DNA of 64,000 bases from a virus, in the IMG/VR virus record IMGVR_UViG_3300025674_000030, positions 1 through 64,000 of that record, one strand, 5' to 3'. A model generated the notes under the pieces. It was not told the DNA's origin, did no database searches, and worked only from the letters and a program-made list of their open reading frames with translations. The translations under genes were made by a program, and so were the position numbers. Of this stretch, positions 20,601-30,700 are shown piece by piece. How positions within the stretch are numbered: the stretch's first letter is position 1; every line of letters begins with the position of its first letter.

Positions 20601-21070
20601 CCCTTTCTATCTACAATGATTTGGCTTTTGTCCCATCTATCGGAGAGAGGGTTGTAGAAACTGGCGAGGGCGATCCGCCCGGTAGATTCATCATATCGAC
20701 AGACAACGGTGATGGTACATACTCCACACAGCTTAGACCCGGCGCCGAAGGCTGGCTTACTGCGGAGGATAGAGATCCCGGCTTCTTTGCTGGTAATGGC
20801 TTCTTTATGTTGCATTATGACAAATGGGATCAGAATATCTTAACCAAATCAAAGTTTAGAATCAAAAAGCTATTTAAGGGCTTCTACAACTCAAGAGATT
20901 TCGATCCAGATGGAGAGGACGCAAACTCACCCGGTGAGGCATTTTTGGCAAGCTTGAGGGCATCATTTAAGCCAGCAACCGGCCAAAGACTACTTCCATG
21001 GTGGAAGAGGAGAATGTTGAGGACCAATCCGTTTAATGCAGACGGCGCACTCTGTGATAAAAAAGACTAG
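14696..21070 (+). CDS. Very large (2124 aa) putative virion/baseplate protein
   Basis: Uninterrupted ORF inside the baseplate module, acidic and helical. No enzyme motif recognised. Confidence 0.6.
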   Translation: MAESKFLKYQDKNRDFLIDVCEVDLPPPEEQVCKDCVPNPKALIPNWKTFEDLTPFLNEKICQYQIAITTPETSTGASLDSTELEAQEALQELYAQYSEEAIEAFLEYYQKAVNDPNLLKMRESIDYRDYDLDARPLSHLKLLYSFPFEILSSLEDEEPEDDEAEEADGEDIVVEFGATRMNPDLIRVRKALNLYARYEKVYRFTDGGSLRFLEAGGLFNLENYGDAGLVAGSSITSNLIPQLDAFLNEKGFNIPGVGGLSGIFEDKVTKIEFTFTPQYRVKKLRIYTQTCGEKPVVIKKLKRLNKKPSWRDRTAVAYFAQMKKMERDLTARVPKPWLEFVKEYTYPEIESVTNAGYNNTDPENSVTSCIASNLEAEGKQLGQDILDDVFGIGDAIALQFHKALCNEDYQEMIEQKIKFGQIPSEALLVSAQGRDVDQIDAARFSPTGKQGEVNKNIGAFAIEQAFRELDERDQVFSNFCALLLSGTVGGGDLTRQLDLLWANGLDKIRVCGLFDLMLDAIQCLFKGLTLEEALASMLQAALKAMSIENFGDLFVGLPPDKQQELDELVQRKLASGDIFRPDSQQQRVSDESAKGENARIDVDEDPSLFGNIRFNKPWENPELVSEQNEKLLRENSYSSESPTGIPPANTRKSDVGDATARAQLQNVGSELNPALIMDAYASALIEVYSENLLDLLDILNRFPGAQIISKIIALIDCPIPPIFDPSLMDFLKDIELPFCRNTQHIGLPRLENPFAYLPKLKDLFRLLFQIIKIELQKLVVRIIVKLIVKICELIGNAICKALEAVGDIAAALPAIATGRSTFKDVIRETICGPDTDEERIDDTIVDMFQKMGAGGAAFADRAAVMSFAEDISATTSRRELTDAVLGNPSETFLSVMQSLIEFEHPQFAEAFNNRENISSFFGNIGNLMPTDAKQALRDFSAGLSEDDQLPANPTLCATAEQVEDFCNLRAGLLEGRASPEQIAKLCDSARDTFKNDIEDLATILNDGIPNYLNNNMPPMISDPGCNNGLLPFEPEEITKATTKTLDGNMEQLKIAYTYDMIGNGPLERNWGFINMVLSDTEGNPYTSHLRKSANSGRIFKKDFVDFYVDSESEADEDTRYTKLSRQHGAFPIKVADWLQEEMPRQIAAGSFNSNNDERDNQIFTKSFEDLNFTGLFGDVDLLALPDYGYNTDVSADFNNQNVKFNKKARKANPDLSLQFRDNAKGTGMFSYGFELELYLSDIVKEDGEFKNRPDDNCRILIRNIVNTKAKVSAADGSYSDKNEESEKSSKNEEESILRWRAYEFLATDNGLDGIDMTAYPRYYETTRRAKGNIPQVYLLQDILEKNASDSLPSPSEIKSTHDLLMNSIFQRFAQEIYNNDSAFVYGAALDDLTYEDIEYLDPNTGELYEDSDYTNEDAILGVSRDQFVNGDDARVIYLDPAKFGGNYINPPLYIKPVKNDGWLGMIDVMFPEIGPCKPYRADLVDFGSIQQRINESYGSIPEDERLRTDPDCVREEPYNRILERPSKAGIEGLISAAVRIYSSLHILKALATYTKFKPDFSETFSRINAQYVIEKMEEDFKDAQPSAFFEFFNPFKDQEFWYAFLEQSVQTYARRYANDQLPDPPAAVVDALTRIEEVIKKHRNIYKDTYNTKDGRTIIGLRDAKKIGDASFLQSLKNYRADKNLEVVQETEADAKIILQELVIEELNYMGDVFIKNLEGTSFANNDMISSLPKFLLESLTEGSSLDIDKEIKQEVVDLETEGEDLYTSGGELITLDGEDYVGYYHVHVDEDGESVYMEGSYHSEEDHDILVVSAKKIIVPIGDISWRGEAPEPNIAKPFKLEKYIRLGDQFYSSNQAARDELNRRTTTPEQTNISDLFPGTMELVYDENGVEIGITGELGARYGLEFSIAEGVLARVEVDVLDLPVSQFQFLEDNSKLLLCLVNNLLDDPDFNAVVKYIFPLSKVLSTLSIYNDLAFVPSIGERVVETGEGDPPGRFIISTDNGDGTYSTQLRPGAEGWLTAEDRDPGFFAGNGFFMLHYDKWDQNILTKSKFRIKKLFKGFYNSRDFDPDGEDANSPGEAFLASLRASFKPATGQRLLPWWKRRMLRTNPFNADGALCDKKD

Positions 21071-21075
21071 TAGGT

Positions 21076-21085
21076 AGTATTTATA
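21076..21085 (+). promoter_or_regulatory. Putative phage late-promoter motif (AGTATTTATA)
   Basis: Intergenic copy of the recurring A[CG]TA[TC]TTA motif, 12 nt before the gp25 ATG. Confidence 0.45.
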
Positions 21086-21097
21086 GGGAGGGTTGAT

Positions 21098-21466
21098 ATG
21101 TCTTCAATAGCAGTTAGGTTGCCTTTATCTCTAGATGACACCGATGGCTTTGGTATGCTTAAGACCATTAGAGATACAATAAGGCAAAATTTAAAAATGC
21201 TCATATTGACTGAGCCCGGCGAAAGAATCATGGAGCCACAATTTGGGGTTGGCATGAAGAGGTATTTATTTGAAAATTTCTCTGATGATGTTTATTCTCA
21301 AATTGATGCAAGAATAAGAGAGCAGGTATCAATCTATATACCCGATATTGCTATAAGAAGAATCAATTTCTATCTAATAGAACCAGACTCAAACAATATT
21401 TCATTCAGACTGGAGTATTCCATACCATCCATAGCAGTAACTGATTTATTAGAATTTACTATTTAA
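21098..21466 (+). CDS. Baseplate wedge subunit, gp25/GPW-like
   Basis: IRQNLKMLILTEPGERIMEPQFGVG is the gp25 signature (LxTxxGERxxxPxFG). Confidence 0.9.
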   Translation: MSSIAVRLPLSLDDTDGFGMLKTIRDTIRQNLKMLILTEPGERIMEPQFGVGMKRYLFENFSDDVYSQIDARIREQVSIYIPDIAIRRINFYLIEPDSNNISFRLEYSIPSIAVTDLLEFTI

Positions 21467-21467
21467 T
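21458..21467 (+). promoter_or_regulatory. Putative phage late-promoter motif (ACTATTTAAT)
   Basis: Overlaps the gp25 stop, 18 nt before the gp6 ATG. Confidence 0.45.
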
Positions 21468-21485
21468 ACCAAGGAAAAACGCTAA

Positions 21486-23282
21486 ATGCCACAAGATCCA
21501 AAAAAGAAAATACCCATAAATTATACTAACAGAGAATTTGACGGTATTCGTAACGATCTTGAGCAAATTGCAGAAAGGTTTTATCCCGACACCTTCCAAG
21601 ATTTTAGTGAAGCCTCTTTCGGCTCGATAGTCTTGGACTCAATAGCGTATGTTGGTGATCAGCTTTCTTTCTATCTCGACTACAATGTTAATGAGATGTT
21701 CTTAGACACATCTTTTCAGCTAACAAACGTTTTGAGGCATGGAAGGATTATGGGCTACAAAAACCAAGGTAGACCATCCACCTATGGTGTTGTCTCGCTC
21801 TATATTAGAGTTCCCGCTTCCACCGTTGGTCTTGGACCAGACACACGCTATCTACCAGTCTTAAAAAGAGGAAGCAGATTCACCTCTCAATCTGGTCTCA
21901 ATTTTGTCTTAACAGATAACGTGGACTTCTCAGATCCAAAAAACGAAACTGTTGTTGCGAATGTTGACTCTACAACAGGCGCCCCAACCTTCTTTGCAGT
22001 CAAAGCATACGGCAATGTTGTCTCTGGCTTCTTTAAGAGAGATACTGTAGAAGTTGGAGACTTTGAAAGATTTAAGTTACTAGAGGTTCAGTCTGCAAAC
22101 GTTGCAGAGATCATCTCTGTTACTGACTCTGGGGGCAATGAATATTACGAAGTTGAGAACCTATCTCAAGATATCATTTACAAAGAAATACCGAATAACA
22201 ACTTTAGAGAAGAAAATGCCCCTTCTGTCATGAAGCCATTTTTAGTATCTAGAAAGTTTGTGTCTTTTACTGAAAGAAGTAGAACTTTCATACAATTTGG
22301 CTCCGGTAATCCAAACGAAACAGACGTTGTTGCTGAGCCACAAAAGGTAGCTTTAGATATCTTTGGCAAATCTTACGTGACTGATACAACGTTCGACCCA
22401 ACCAAACTAACAAAAAACCAAAATTTTGGAGTCGTACCCTCCAACACAACCCTTGAGATTATCTATAGAGTTACCAATCCATCAAACTCTAACACAGCAG
22501 TTGGTAATCTAAGAAGCGTATCGAATGCAAGATTTGATTTTGAAAATAGAACAAGCCTTCTATCGTCAAGAGTGGAAGCAGTAATCAATTCTTTAGAGGT
22601 TTCTAATGAAAAGCCTATTACTGGAGACGTTTCACTGCCTTCTACTGGCGAAGTAAAGAGAAGAATATATGATTCGTTCTCGACTCAAAACAGAGCAGTA
22701 ACTCAGGTTGATTACGAAAACTTGGCTTACAGAATGCCAGTAAAATATGGCTCTATCAAAAGGTGCTCAGTCCAGAAGGATCCTGATTCTCAAAAAAGAA
22801 ACCTGAATATGTATGTTGTTTCTGAAGACTCTTTCGGAAAACTGACTCTATCAAGCGATACGATCAAGAAAAATCTAAAAGTTTGGCTAAACCAGCACAG
22901 GATGATTAACGACACGGTTGATATTATTGATCCATTTATCCTAAATGTGGGTGTAAACTTTGTGGTATCTTCTAAACAAGGTGTCAACAAGTTTGATTTA
23001 TTGGAGAGATGTGTTGCTGCACTTGGGGCAAAATTTGGACAGCCGTATTACATTGGAGAGGACATAAATATTTCTGAAATGTATCAAGAGTTGGGAAAAA
23101 TCAGCGGTGTACACGAAGTAATCAACATTAAGATTGTTAGCCAAGTAGGCTCAAACTATAGCGGTAGTTCGATAGATATCAACCAAAATCTTTCTCCAGA
23201 TGGAACCAAGATTATTATTCCAAAGAATGCCGTTGTCGAAATCAAATACCCAGATGTGGATATAAAGGGGCAAGTTAGATAA
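21486..23282 (+). CDS. Baseplate wedge subunit, T4 gp6/baseplate J-like
   Basis: NYTNREFDGIRNDL, LSFYLDYNVNEMFLDT, IQFGSG and QNRAVTQVDY. Follows gp25. Confidence 0.88.
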   Translation: MPQDPKKKIPINYTNREFDGIRNDLEQIAERFYPDTFQDFSEASFGSIVLDSIAYVGDQLSFYLDYNVNEMFLDTSFQLTNVLRHGRIMGYKNQGRPSTYGVVSLYIRVPASTVGLGPDTRYLPVLKRGSRFTSQSGLNFVLTDNVDFSDPKNETVVANVDSTTGAPTFFAVKAYGNVVSGFFKRDTVEVGDFERFKLLEVQSANVAEIISVTDSGGNEYYEVENLSQDIIYKEIPNNNFREENAPSVMKPFLVSRKFVSFTERSRTFIQFGSGNPNETDVVAEPQKVALDIFGKSYVTDTTFDPTKLTKNQNFGVVPSNTTLEIIYRVTNPSNSNTAVGNLRSVSNARFDFENRTSLLSSRVEAVINSLEVSNEKPITGDVSLPSTGEVKRRIYDSFSTQNRAVTQVDYENLAYRMPVKYGSIKRCSVQKDPDSQKRNLNMYVVSEDSFGKLTLSSDTIKKNLKVWLNQHRMINDTVDIIDPFILNVGVNFVVSSKQGVNKFDLLERCVAALGAKFGQPYYIGEDINISEMYQELGKISGVHEVINIKIVSQVGSNYSGSSIDINQNLSPDGTKIIIPKNAVVEIKYPDVDIKGQVR

Positions 23283-24700
23283 TGGCTATTAGACGCTACG
23301 TTGCAAACGCAGATAACACTATTTCAAATGCTTACAAAGAAAACCTGCGAACCCGCGCTACTGGCTCAAACATGGGCCAAGCAGATGTTAGTGAGGTTTT
23401 TTCGATTTATGCTAGACAGTCTACATCATCAGCAGAGCTTTCCCGTGTTTTAACACAGTTTGATGTATCTGCGATCTCATCCGATAGAACTGCTGGCATT
23501 ATACCTACATCTGGAAGTGTAAGCTTTTATCTACGTCTATTTAACGCAGAAACCTCTAAGACGGTTCCGAAAAACTTTGTAATAGTTGCACAAGCGATAT
23601 CAAAATCATGGACAGAGGGTGATGGTCTAGACCTTGAAAACTACAAAGATGTGGGTGCCTCTAACTGGATCTCAGCCTCTTCAACAACAGCGTGGGATTC
23701 GGCTGGCGGTGATTATCATGCATCACCGACTTTTACACAAACTTTCTCTACTGGTCTTGAAGATTTAGAAATAGATATTTCCTCTCTTGTGGAGCAATGG
23801 ATTGCTGGTACAAAAGACAACTACGGCATTGGTATTCGCCTTACTTCTTCTCTCGAAACTGCCCAAACTTCTTATTACACTAAGCGCTTTTTTGCCAGAG
23901 GAACACAATACTTCTTCAAGAAGCCTGTTATTGAAGCTCGTTGGAATTCTTCAAACCAAGATGATAGAGGAAACTTTTACATGTCGTCCTCCTTGGCCCC
24001 AGCAGCCGATAACTTAAACACGCTCTATCTTTACAACTATGTTCGTGGGCAGCTAACCAATATTCCAGCAATTGGGACAGGTGAGATATATGTTGATTTG
24101 TATGAAACCCTTGGTGGTACCGCATTGACACAGGCTATAAACACTCCCGCAACCGGCGGCTATGTCTCTACTGGAATCTATTCTTGCTCAGTGTGTTTAA
24201 CTGGTACCTACACAACCTTGCGTGACGTTTGGTATTCTGGTAGCACTCAATACTTTACTGGAACTATCTCTCCAGAAACTTTTGCTGCTGCTGCCGTATC
24301 TACCGGGAATAACCGCTATATTACCAAGATCAAGAATCTTAGAAACAAATACTTCTCTGAAGAAGAAGCGCGCTTCAACGTCTATGTCCGAAGCAAAAAC
24401 TGGTCCCCAACTATTTACACAGTAGCGTCAAGTGAGATAGAAAATACTATTATTCCAAGTGCGTCTTACAGAGTTTATAGGGTTTTGGATGGCTACAATG
24501 TACTACCACACGGCACAGGATCAGACCTACAAACACTACTCTCTTACGATGTATCAGGAAACTATTTCAATCTTGACATGTCCTTGCTTGAGCCCGGCTA
24601 CGAATATGGCATCAAGTTCGCGTTCTACGACTCTCAGAGGCAGAGTTGGATTGAGCAAGATCAAAAGTTCCTATTCAGAGTAGAAGAATATGAGTATTAA
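23282..24700 (+). CDS. Virion structural protein (DNRLRE-like beta domain)
   Basis: ADNTI...N.G...SRVLTQFDVS...LRLF...W...GGD...DISSLVEQW...NYG pattern. Ser/Thr-rich. Confidence 0.55.
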   Translation: MAIRRYVANADNTISNAYKENLRTRATGSNMGQADVSEVFSIYARQSTSSAELSRVLTQFDVSAISSDRTAGIIPTSGSVSFYLRLFNAETSKTVPKNFVIVAQAISKSWTEGDGLDLENYKDVGASNWISASSTTAWDSAGGDYHASPTFTQTFSTGLEDLEIDISSLVEQWIAGTKDNYGIGIRLTSSLETAQTSYYTKRFFARGTQYFFKKPVIEARWNSSNQDDRGNFYMSSSLAPAADNLNTLYLYNYVRGQLTNIPAIGTGEIYVDLYETLGGTALTQAINTPATGGYVSTGIYSCSVCLTGTYTTLRDVWYSGSTQYFTGTISPETFAAAAVSTGNNRYITKIKNLRNKYFSEEEARFNVYVRSKNWSPTIYTVASSEIENTIIPSASYRVYRVLDGYNVLPHGTGSDLQTLLSYDVSGNYFNLDMSLLEPGYEYGIKFAFYDSQRQSWIEQDQKFLFRVEEYEY

Positions 24701-27700
24701 AGACTTATTTGACAAGAAAAGAAATGATTTACCCCAGACCACCAATCAAGAAATGCTTGATAATGTGGAGTCTACGAACAATCTTATACAAAAGTCAGAG
24801 TTAAGAGAAACATTTGTACCTCAGATAGACTATTCTGAGCCTGAAAACTTTACAAAGTTTGGTTCTGCTCATCTTTACTATAAATCTGCAATAGAGAGGA
24901 TTTATGATTATTTCCCTTATGACGGCTCTGAGGCTGAGATAAATGCTTTCACAAACCAATCACTTCCTCATGAGAGGTATATCTTTGATAACCTTTACCC
25001 AAGAACAAATGGTTATGCCAACTTTGATGGCTCCTCTTACATCAATCTAAAGGGTGGCCCAAACGCAACGTCCTATACTACCCTTGGTGGTCTTTTTAGG
25101 GATGCTGGTTCTACAAAAAGAAGCCAAGCCAACCTTTACGAAACCAATGTTTATCAAACTGATAACAAGCCCTCTGATTATGGCTCAGGCACTAGAGAAT
25201 CAAATCTAAAGTGTGATTTCCAAACAGGTGTGACTGTTGAGTTTTGGTTGAAAGCCCCTGCGCCGTCTTCCAACACAAAGCAGACCATTTTTCATCTAAC
25301 CAATTCATCAGGTGGTGATGCTCTTACTATTTTCCTTTCTGGAACAACGGGCTCACCATTTCATGTTAGTATTGATGATTCTGCTACTTCCGTATTCTCA
25401 AATCAACAGCTTGGTTCAGCACCAACCACAAGTTCAATAGAGGACTGGAAACACTATGCTGTGTCCTTCAAGAGCGCAAGTGCCGGTGTTGAAACAAAGC
25501 TTTACGTCAATGGTGTGTTAGATTCTACAAACACTCTTGGCTCTACAGGAATCAACACACTCACGCAAAAGGGCACTATTGCTTACATAGCCTCTGGTTC
25601 TGTTGGCTATTTTTCTGGCTCTATGGATGAATTTAGGTTTTGGAAAACAGAAAGAAACGCTTTCCAGATTGGGACCAACTACTTTACCCAAGTTCGTGGC
25701 GGCGCAAATACTGATACCGCAAATAGCACCCTTGGGGTGTACTACAAGTTTAACGAAGGGACAACAGGTGATTCCGCGCTAGATGAGATTGTTCTCGATT
25801 ACGCTGGCAGAATAACCAATGGCACTTGGAACGGCACAGTATCCAGAACTCTAGAATCAGCGATCGTTGAAGCGGGCGCCGCCGCCACAGAATACCAAGA
25901 TCCAATAATTTACGATAGCCATCCATCTGTTGTTTCTTTGAAGAGCGATCTTGAATCAAAGGGCACTTTTTACGATAGTAACAATCCAACAAAGTTTATA
26001 AACTACTTTCCTTCTTGGGTTATTGAGGAGAGCGAAAATGATGATAAAAGCCAGCTTGAAATGGTGTCACACATCATTGGAACCTATTTTGATAAACTTT
26101 ATTTACAGATACAGTCTGTCACCCAGTTTAAGCAGCCATTATACACAAGTGCCTCCTACAAGCCACTGCCATTTGCAAGAAACCTTCCGCAGTCATTGGG
26201 TCTCTATACCCCTGAAATCTTCATAGATTCTGATATCATCAACACTGTAGCCAATAAGACAGAGGCTTTCAACTTTGAGGGAGACTTAGAAGATACAAAA
26301 AATCTAATCTATCTGAACTTATACAACAATTTATCTTCCATATTCAAGTCTAAGGGTACAGAAAAGTCAATCAAGGGGGTGTTGCGATGCTTCTATATTG
26401 ACGATCAGGTCATTAAGCTAAACACCTACAGCAACAAAGCAAGATATGAACTAAGAAATAACCTTGAGCAAACCACAAAGCTAAACAAATACATCAACTT
26501 TAACAAGCGCTCTGGTACTGGTGCGGTTATATTCCAAAAGCAAGACCCAGCAGACACAACCAATACTATCGGCTATATTTCAGGTTCTGAATCAGAGGGC
26601 TATGAGTTTGCATATGGCGCCACTGTAGAAGCTGACGTAACTTTTCCATATTTTAAAAATTCTATTGACGTTATAGACAGAGATTTTAACGAAGTTTCGT
26701 TGTTTGGTGTTGTTTCTGCAAGCGTGGATGCTCCAGACGACACAACTTTCTTTGGAACAGATAACACAAACTTTCAAATTTTTGCTGTAAGAGATCACAA
26801 GAAGTCAAAAAATGCTTACTTTAAGCTGACCTCCTCTATATCTCCGAACCCATTTCCAGAGATTACAAGTAGCGTTTTCTTTGATGTTTACAATAACCAA
26901 GATTGGAACCTATCTGTCTCGGTTGTTCCCAGCAAATCGGGTAGCTTAAAGTACGTCACTGGTTCAGGTGATTATTCGTATACTCTTAAATTTGAAGGGT
27001 ACAACACTCTTCTTGGTGATGTTCGTGATAGTTTCTCAATCGAAGAAACCCTAACCAAAACTCAAGGTGAAAACTTCTTAAAATCAGCTAAGAGAGTTTA
27101 CGCTGGTGCTTATAGGCAAAACCTAACTGGCTCACTAATCAACGAAAGCGATGTGCTTGTATCTGGGGTTCGCTACTGGCTCCGAAGTATTGACTTTGAT
27201 TCCAAAAAGCAACACGCTTTAGACTTTGATAATGTTGGTAGAACCGACAGTTATCAGAATCTATCTGTTCTTGATTCACAAACCAAAAATCTCGATGTTT
27301 TGAACAAAGACACTCTAGCGCTTAGTTGGGAATTTGGTAATCTTACCGGCTCCGATTCTGGTGGCAATTTTTATATCACCGATTATAGCTCTGGATCAGC
27401 CCTTGTTAGAGATAACTATGGCTGGGTAGGCAGTATATCGGGCTACCAGCACTCTGGCTATGGTTATGGATTTGCAACCTCCTCCGCAGACGCGATAGAA
27501 GAAAAGAGACTAAATGTATTTAAGTTTGTAGATCCAGAGAGAACTATATCATCGGACATGATCACCCTTGTTGATGATGCCTTGGAGCTATACGGGGTAC
27601 CAGAAGATGTTGTTAGCTACCACCATACTCTAGAAAAGAGTATGTATAGTGCCATCTCTGATGAAATGCTTAAGTTTTTCGCAGGCGCAGCAGATTTCAA

Positions 27701-30700
27701 CAACCTCATAGGTGACCCCGTTAATCGTTACAGAATGGATTACAAGGCGTTAGAAAAACTAAGACAAGCTTTCTTCCTAAGAGTAGAAAATGTCAAAGAA
27801 GTTGAGCGCTACATAGATTATTACAAGTGGTTTGATGATTCGCTTGGTGATATTATTAAGCAGCTAATACCTGCCTCTGCGGTTGTTTCAGAAAATATCT
27901 TCGATGTTGTCGAGAGTCATGTTTTAGAGCGCAATAAATATCAGTCTAAGTTCCCAACCATTGAGTTCAGGACAGCAGATCCAGAAAGCCCTGCTTTGGG
28001 TATTCGAGAAAAGACTTATGATTGGGAACACGCACATCATCCGGCATCTAACTCCCAAAGAGAAAATTCAGAATATTGGCAGAAGAGAGCCAATCGTGAA
28101 AATTCTGATGTAATATCATCTGGCGATAGTGCCATTGACGAACAAAGAGATGGCATTATTGAAACTGCCGATAAGTACAATAACCAGCCAGCACCAACAG
28201 TAAGCCAGCCAGATAGACAAACCTATTCCGGTCAAACCTACGTTCTTAGAAAACTATCAAGACCATACAAGCTAAACATCGATAGGCGTACATATGAACC
28301 AAGAATCATTAAGGGTGGCACAAACTTTGAAGTAAACAAAAACTTTGAATACCACAGGGTCGCCTTGCATCCGGCAGGGCCAGTGAACAATGATGATGGC
28401 GTATTCGTGCCAAAAAATGTTCTTCTTGGGTTTACTGAAGATTTGGTACAACTTGAAGATACAATCGATCCACCCAAAGATCCAAGAATCTTAGTGAAAA
28501 GAAACATAAAAGTTCAATCTGGTCGGGATTGGGAAGATGGTATTGGCTACAAAAATAACAAATCTGATATAATCTTCCCTTTCAATATCATTAGTTCTTC
28601 CATAAACACTGGCTACAACAAAGAAGTGGTCGAAAGAGTTACGGCTAGTGTGGAAGTGGTCAATATCCATAACGATGTTTATGGCGAGGATATGGAGCGC
28701 CCCATGCAGGGCCCATTCACCGATTATGCCGTTGGCGGCCTCCAGTACCGACACATCGGACTTAACGATGGTAATGACAACTACCTAAACAGACCAGAAG
28801 GATGGAAACTAGCCTTGGGGCTATGTGCTGGCGTTACTGGTGCGATTGGTATGATAGGCCCCGACTACCCATACCCAGAGGCCAATGCAGTTAACGAGAA
28901 TCCATACCCAATGACCGGTGCCCAAAAGGCCCACCTTTACAGAGATATGGTTGCTAAGCGCCCCGTGAACATTCGCAACATTCACCATACAACCGGCTCA
29001 ACGATACTTGGTAACTATAACCACAACTATGATGTTGTGCAGGCAGGCAGTGCTTTCTCTAATCCAAGGCAGTTTGTTGAAAAGCAGCCTTCTTTGCCTG
29101 CCAACACCTTTAGCAGCAATGCTCGTTATGCTACTTCTGTCAGGACACTGTTGGATATCAATAGAAATAGCGGAGGACACAACGATATAAACGGAGACTA
29201 CTCTGTAGAATATCTCTTAAGCGCCTCTGGCGACTCTGTATTCACAACAAGATTTTCTGCGCCCGGCGGTATAGAGGTGATGACAAAGGGTTATCAAGAC
29301 TTTAGATCTTCGACATATTCTGTATACAACGCCCTAAATGCAAGAAACCAGACTGTTAGAAGATCTTTCCAAGGAGTTTCATCCTCCATAGTTTCTGAAA
29401 CCAGTGGAATAAGAAACTTTGATCACACTGGTCGTGATTTTGGTTTGACAAACTTGGCCGCACGTCACTCTGCTCGCTTCTTCCGTGATTCAACTTTGGA
29501 GTCTAACCCCGGAGCTTCTTACAACGAAGCCCCCTCATTCCATAGAGTACACAGGAACAACAAGGTCTTTGCGGTATTTGAGTCCGATAACACCAAACAA
29601 AGTTTCGACAACCTTAACGTGCAGCACCAAATACCCCGTTCCGATCGCCAATATTCTTGGATTACATCTTCTATAATCCACAGAGATGTTAATGATCCAC
29701 GCTATTCTGGCTTTATGAACACTGATGTAAATGAGCCCCCTGCTGATGCGCCATATTATGTGATTACTGGCGCTTATATTCCATTCTTTGAATATGTTTC
29801 GGCTTCTGACCCCGGCTCTGCCATTTATCAGAACACAACCAGATTAAACCTCCTCGTTACAGATGCAACAGGATCAGAACAAAATGTACTTGGGAGCCAA
29901 AACGTACAAATAACTTCTCTCACTACATTACCGGAACACCGTAGACTTAACGCCCTCTTAATCCGTAGAGGCGATTTGTATGGGTGGAACTGGAACAAGG
30001 TAAGGCAACAGGACCACCCAATCCTTAGAATTGAAAAGCAGCAAAACAAGATATCAGCTTATTCAAACAATCAGATAGTATCTTACGACATGAGACCAGT
30101 AAACCAATCTGGCAGGCCGGTCATGCTTAATATTTACAAGACTACCCAGACCAACGTGGGCGGTGTTCCCACGCAAGCCTCCAGTTCGATTACTTTGAGA
30201 GCGACCTACAATAATCTCAAGCAGGGCTTCAACGATGTAGATTACCAAAATGTTAGTGGACTAAGATTGAGTAACAGAAGAACAAGTCTAGAAGACTTTG
30301 TTGATATGGTTACTAGTAGCCCAGAATACTCTCTAAACTGGGTCAAGTATTCAGAAAACATCTTCCCCTCTCAAAGAAACGCATTTGATGTAAGCAAGAC
30401 TCTTAGAGATGGCTATGATAACAAATACTGGAGAGATCAGGCGACTGATCGCGAGAAGCTTGGAAATACTTTGGAAAATTCATTTGGTGTCTCTTTGTCA
30501 CAAAGCTCTTGGATTCTAGATGCGCCACCAGATTTCTATACTCGCGCAACAATCCCTAGCTCCGCAGATCTAAAAACCAAAGCCGCAGGCGAGCTACAAA
30601 ATACTTACTTTAGCTATCACAACTCGGGTGCTCCCGCAGCCAACACACTATCACCCGGCGCCCTTTATTCAAGAAAGCATTGTGTTCCAACATATCGCTC

